DNA of 64,000 bases from Iphione sp. A-MEVVRFRX5 (lineage: Eukaryota): assembly GCA_976226885.1 (NCBI GenBank), contig OZ320313.1, positions 141,298,001-141,362,000 on the forward strand, given 5' to 3'. Shown here in pieces: positions 62,266 through 64,000 of this stretch. The translations under genes and the position numbers were made by a program. Under the pieces are notes generated by a model. It did no database searches. It was not told where the DNA came from and saw only the letters and a program-made list of their open reading frames with translations. Position 1 is the first letter of the stretch; every line of letters begins with the position of its first letter.

Positions 62266-64000
62266 ATGACATCCAGAGGGAGAGCCCAGTACTGCCAGTA
62301 CTGTGGCTACATTTCTGACAAGCCGGGCAATTTCGATAGGCACATGTTAACCCATGGGAAGCAGGGGTTCGTCCGCCGCTGTCCGGTGCCCCGTTGCCAG
62401 GGGGCACACTTCGGCCGCCAGGATGACTTCCGGCGGCACCTGGAGAACAAACACAAGCAAGACGCCGACAACCCCCTCGTCCTGGGCCAGGACGTAGACC
62501 TGGAGTTTATAGACCTGGTCAGTGGCCAGAACGTGCCTGTCCCAGAGTGTCGCCGAGAGGAGTACCAGCGGCAGCTGAAGGTGGAGGCGTACGAGCGGGA
62601 GAAGGAAGCAGCCATGATCCGGGGGGAGGCCCCCCCACCGCGACCCAAGTTAGCTCGGAAGCCCCCCCGGGGAAGGAAGGCGTCAGCTGCCGCAGGCCGC
62701 CCTCCTCCTCCCCCCCGGGACGACAACCCAGAGGAGGACGAGGATGTGGAGGAAGAGACGGGGGCTACGGAGGGGCCCCGCCTGCGCCCCCGAGTCGGGC
62801 GTGGGGGACAGGTCTCCTCCACCGTGGCCACACCAGGGGCAGGCCACCCACCAGTCACCCCGGGTTCTTCGGCCTCAGTAGACATTCCGCTGTTCGGGCT
62901 CGACGTGTCGCCAGAGGTTCCAGAGGTGCGGATCGGCCGCAAGGTCCGCAAGTCTACGGGAAAAGCGGCTAACCGAAGTACATCAGCAGGAGAGACGCCC
63001 ACCGTTCCTGCACCGGCGAGCCCGGCCGCACCGGGGTCCGCCTCTGCCGCCTCCACGCCTGGGGCTGCTCGGGTGCGCGGCCTTCCCCCCACCAGATCCC
63101 GACCCGCCGAGTCGTCTGGGGAGTGGCCAACCCCCTCCATCCCTGGGAAGGACTTGGACTTCCAGGCCATGCGGGACGAGGCCGATCGAAGGAAGAGGAG
63201 GTACCAGCCACAGACCTCTCCCGTCACCCCGGCTAGTCTCCCCTCACCTGCGAAGAAGGTCGCCAACATTACGTCCTCCACGATGTCGCCGCTACACCGG
63301 GCGGTGATTGCCGCGGGGATTCGGGACCGCACCCCCCAGTCCACTCCCGCTTCCACTAGTTCGTCCTACAGTGAGGCGGCATGGGAGCTGGACGCGCGAC
63401 TAGGAGAAGGGTGGGAGAACGTGGAGAGGGAGAAGCGGCCCAAGGACATGGTGGTGATTGGATCGGATCCGGAGTCCGAGGACGAAACCCAGGTGGAAGA
63501 CGCTACCGCCGCCTCTGAACCATTGGCCGAGCAGCTCAGCGCGAGCCTGGGGACCCCCTGTGGGCGCATCCGCTACGCCCGGCTGGATGTGGCAGGGGGG
63601 ACCCCGGCGGATGATACAGCAGCTGAGGACGTTCCCTTGTCTGAGGGGGAAGCCGCCCTCACCCTGGCGGAGCTCGCGGGGGAAGAGCTCCGCCCGGAGC
63701 ACCCGGCGACAGAGACCGAACCTGGCGGAGCTCGCCCCGAGCCGGCGGAGCCCGCCCCTACCCAGCCGCCGGAGACGACTGTTCAGCCCTCAGAGCCTGG
63801 CCGGGCTCCGCCGACGGGGCACCAACCAGAGGCACCTGAGCAGCCGCTGACGACGCCGGAGCCCGATACCAGGGCTGAGCCTACCCCCCCCCGGCACTCC
63901 CGGGACGGCGCACTGAAGCAGGGGCAGGGGAGACCCTGCCCAAGGAGATCCCCCCGGCACTCCCGGGACGGCGAGGGGAGGAGCCGGCACCTACCCTGCC
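62266..64000 (+). CDS. ORF3: tandem C2H2 zinc-finger protein with a long Pro/acidic disordered tail (at least 578 aa, 3' incomplete)
   Basis: ACCATG start with no stop to the window end in my codon-by-codon translation. ZF1 is CQYCGYISDKPGNFDRHMLTH and ZF2 is CPVPRCQGAHFGRQDDFRRHLENKH. Basic patches RKPPRGRK and RRKRR. Confidence 0.88.
   Translation, partial: MTSRGRAQYCQYCGYISDKPGNFDRHMLTHGKQGFVRRCPVPRCQGAHFGRQDDFRRHLENKHKQDADNPLVLGQDVDLEFIDLVSGQNVPVPECRREEYQRQLKVEAYEREKEAAMIRGEAPPPRPKLARKPPRGRKASAAAGRPPPPPRDDNPEEDEDVEEETGATEGPRLRPRVGRGGQVSSTVATPGAGHPPVTPGSSASVDIPLFGLDVSPEVPEVRIGRKVRKSTGKAANRSTSAGETPTVPAPASPAAPGSASAASTPGAARVRGLPPTRSRPAESSGEWPTPSIPGKDLDFQAMRDEADRRKRRYQPQTSPVTPASLPSPAKKVANITSSTMSPLHRAVIAAGIRDRTPQSTPASTSSSYSEAAWELDARLGEGWENVEREKRPKDMVVIGSDPESEDETQVEDATAASEPLAEQLSASLGTPCGRIRYARLDVAGGTPADDTAAEDVPLSEGEAALTLAELAGEELRPEHPATETEPGGARPEPAEPAPTQPPETTVQPSEPGRAPPTGHQPEAPEQPLTTPEPDTRAEPTPPRHSRDGALKQGQGRPCPRRSPRHSRDGEGRSRHLPC

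Larger units (their letters stand above)
56383..64000 (+). mobile_element. Young GC-rich Ty3/Gypsy LTR retrotransposon with an extra zinc-finger ORF (3' end outside the window)
   Basis: LTR, PBS, gag, slippery site, PR-RT-RH-IN order, internal promoter and ORF3. There is an abrupt rise in GC at about 56380. Confidence 0.95.

Noticed and set aside
62307-63356. 349-aa minus-strand ORF (and 56533-57033, 58840-59583, 61358-62083)
   Set aside because: These are antisense shadows of GC-rich sense ORFs, with low-complexity translations and no motifs.
62266-64000. ORF3 as an env gene
   Set aside because: No signal peptide, fusion peptide, Cys pattern or TM segment in 578 codons; the N-terminus is C2H2 fingers.

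Overview
Eukaryotic (animal, probably marine invertebrate; species not determinable) genomic DNA that is very rich in transposable elements. One host gene is present: a complete 12-exon 4-hydroxyphenylpyruvate dioxygenase (HPD), + strand, 19653-37353, 382 aa. The first 19 kb holds MITEs, LINE relics, a Mag-type Gypsy 3' fragment and a badly decayed Gypsy with an F-type env relic. From 44 kb to the end is a nest of Ty3/Gypsy elements: two decayed relatives lie head-to-head (- strand 44.2-51.7 kb; + strand 51.7-56.4 kb), and a young GC-rich element is inserted at about 56.38 kb and runs off the window. The young element has an LTR, PBS, gag, a -1 frameshift signal and pol. It also carries a third ORF, missed by the ORF track because it has no stop inside the window (62266 to beyond 64000, at least 578 aa). 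That ORF starts with two C2H2 zinc fingers and has its own CCAAT/TATA/Inr promoter. The standard recognition code predicts the fingers bind GCG-GAG, and that hexamer is strongly clustered in the element's LTR, gag 5' end and internal promoter. This suggests a retrotransposon that encodes its own sequence-specific regulator. Binding and function are inferences and are untested.
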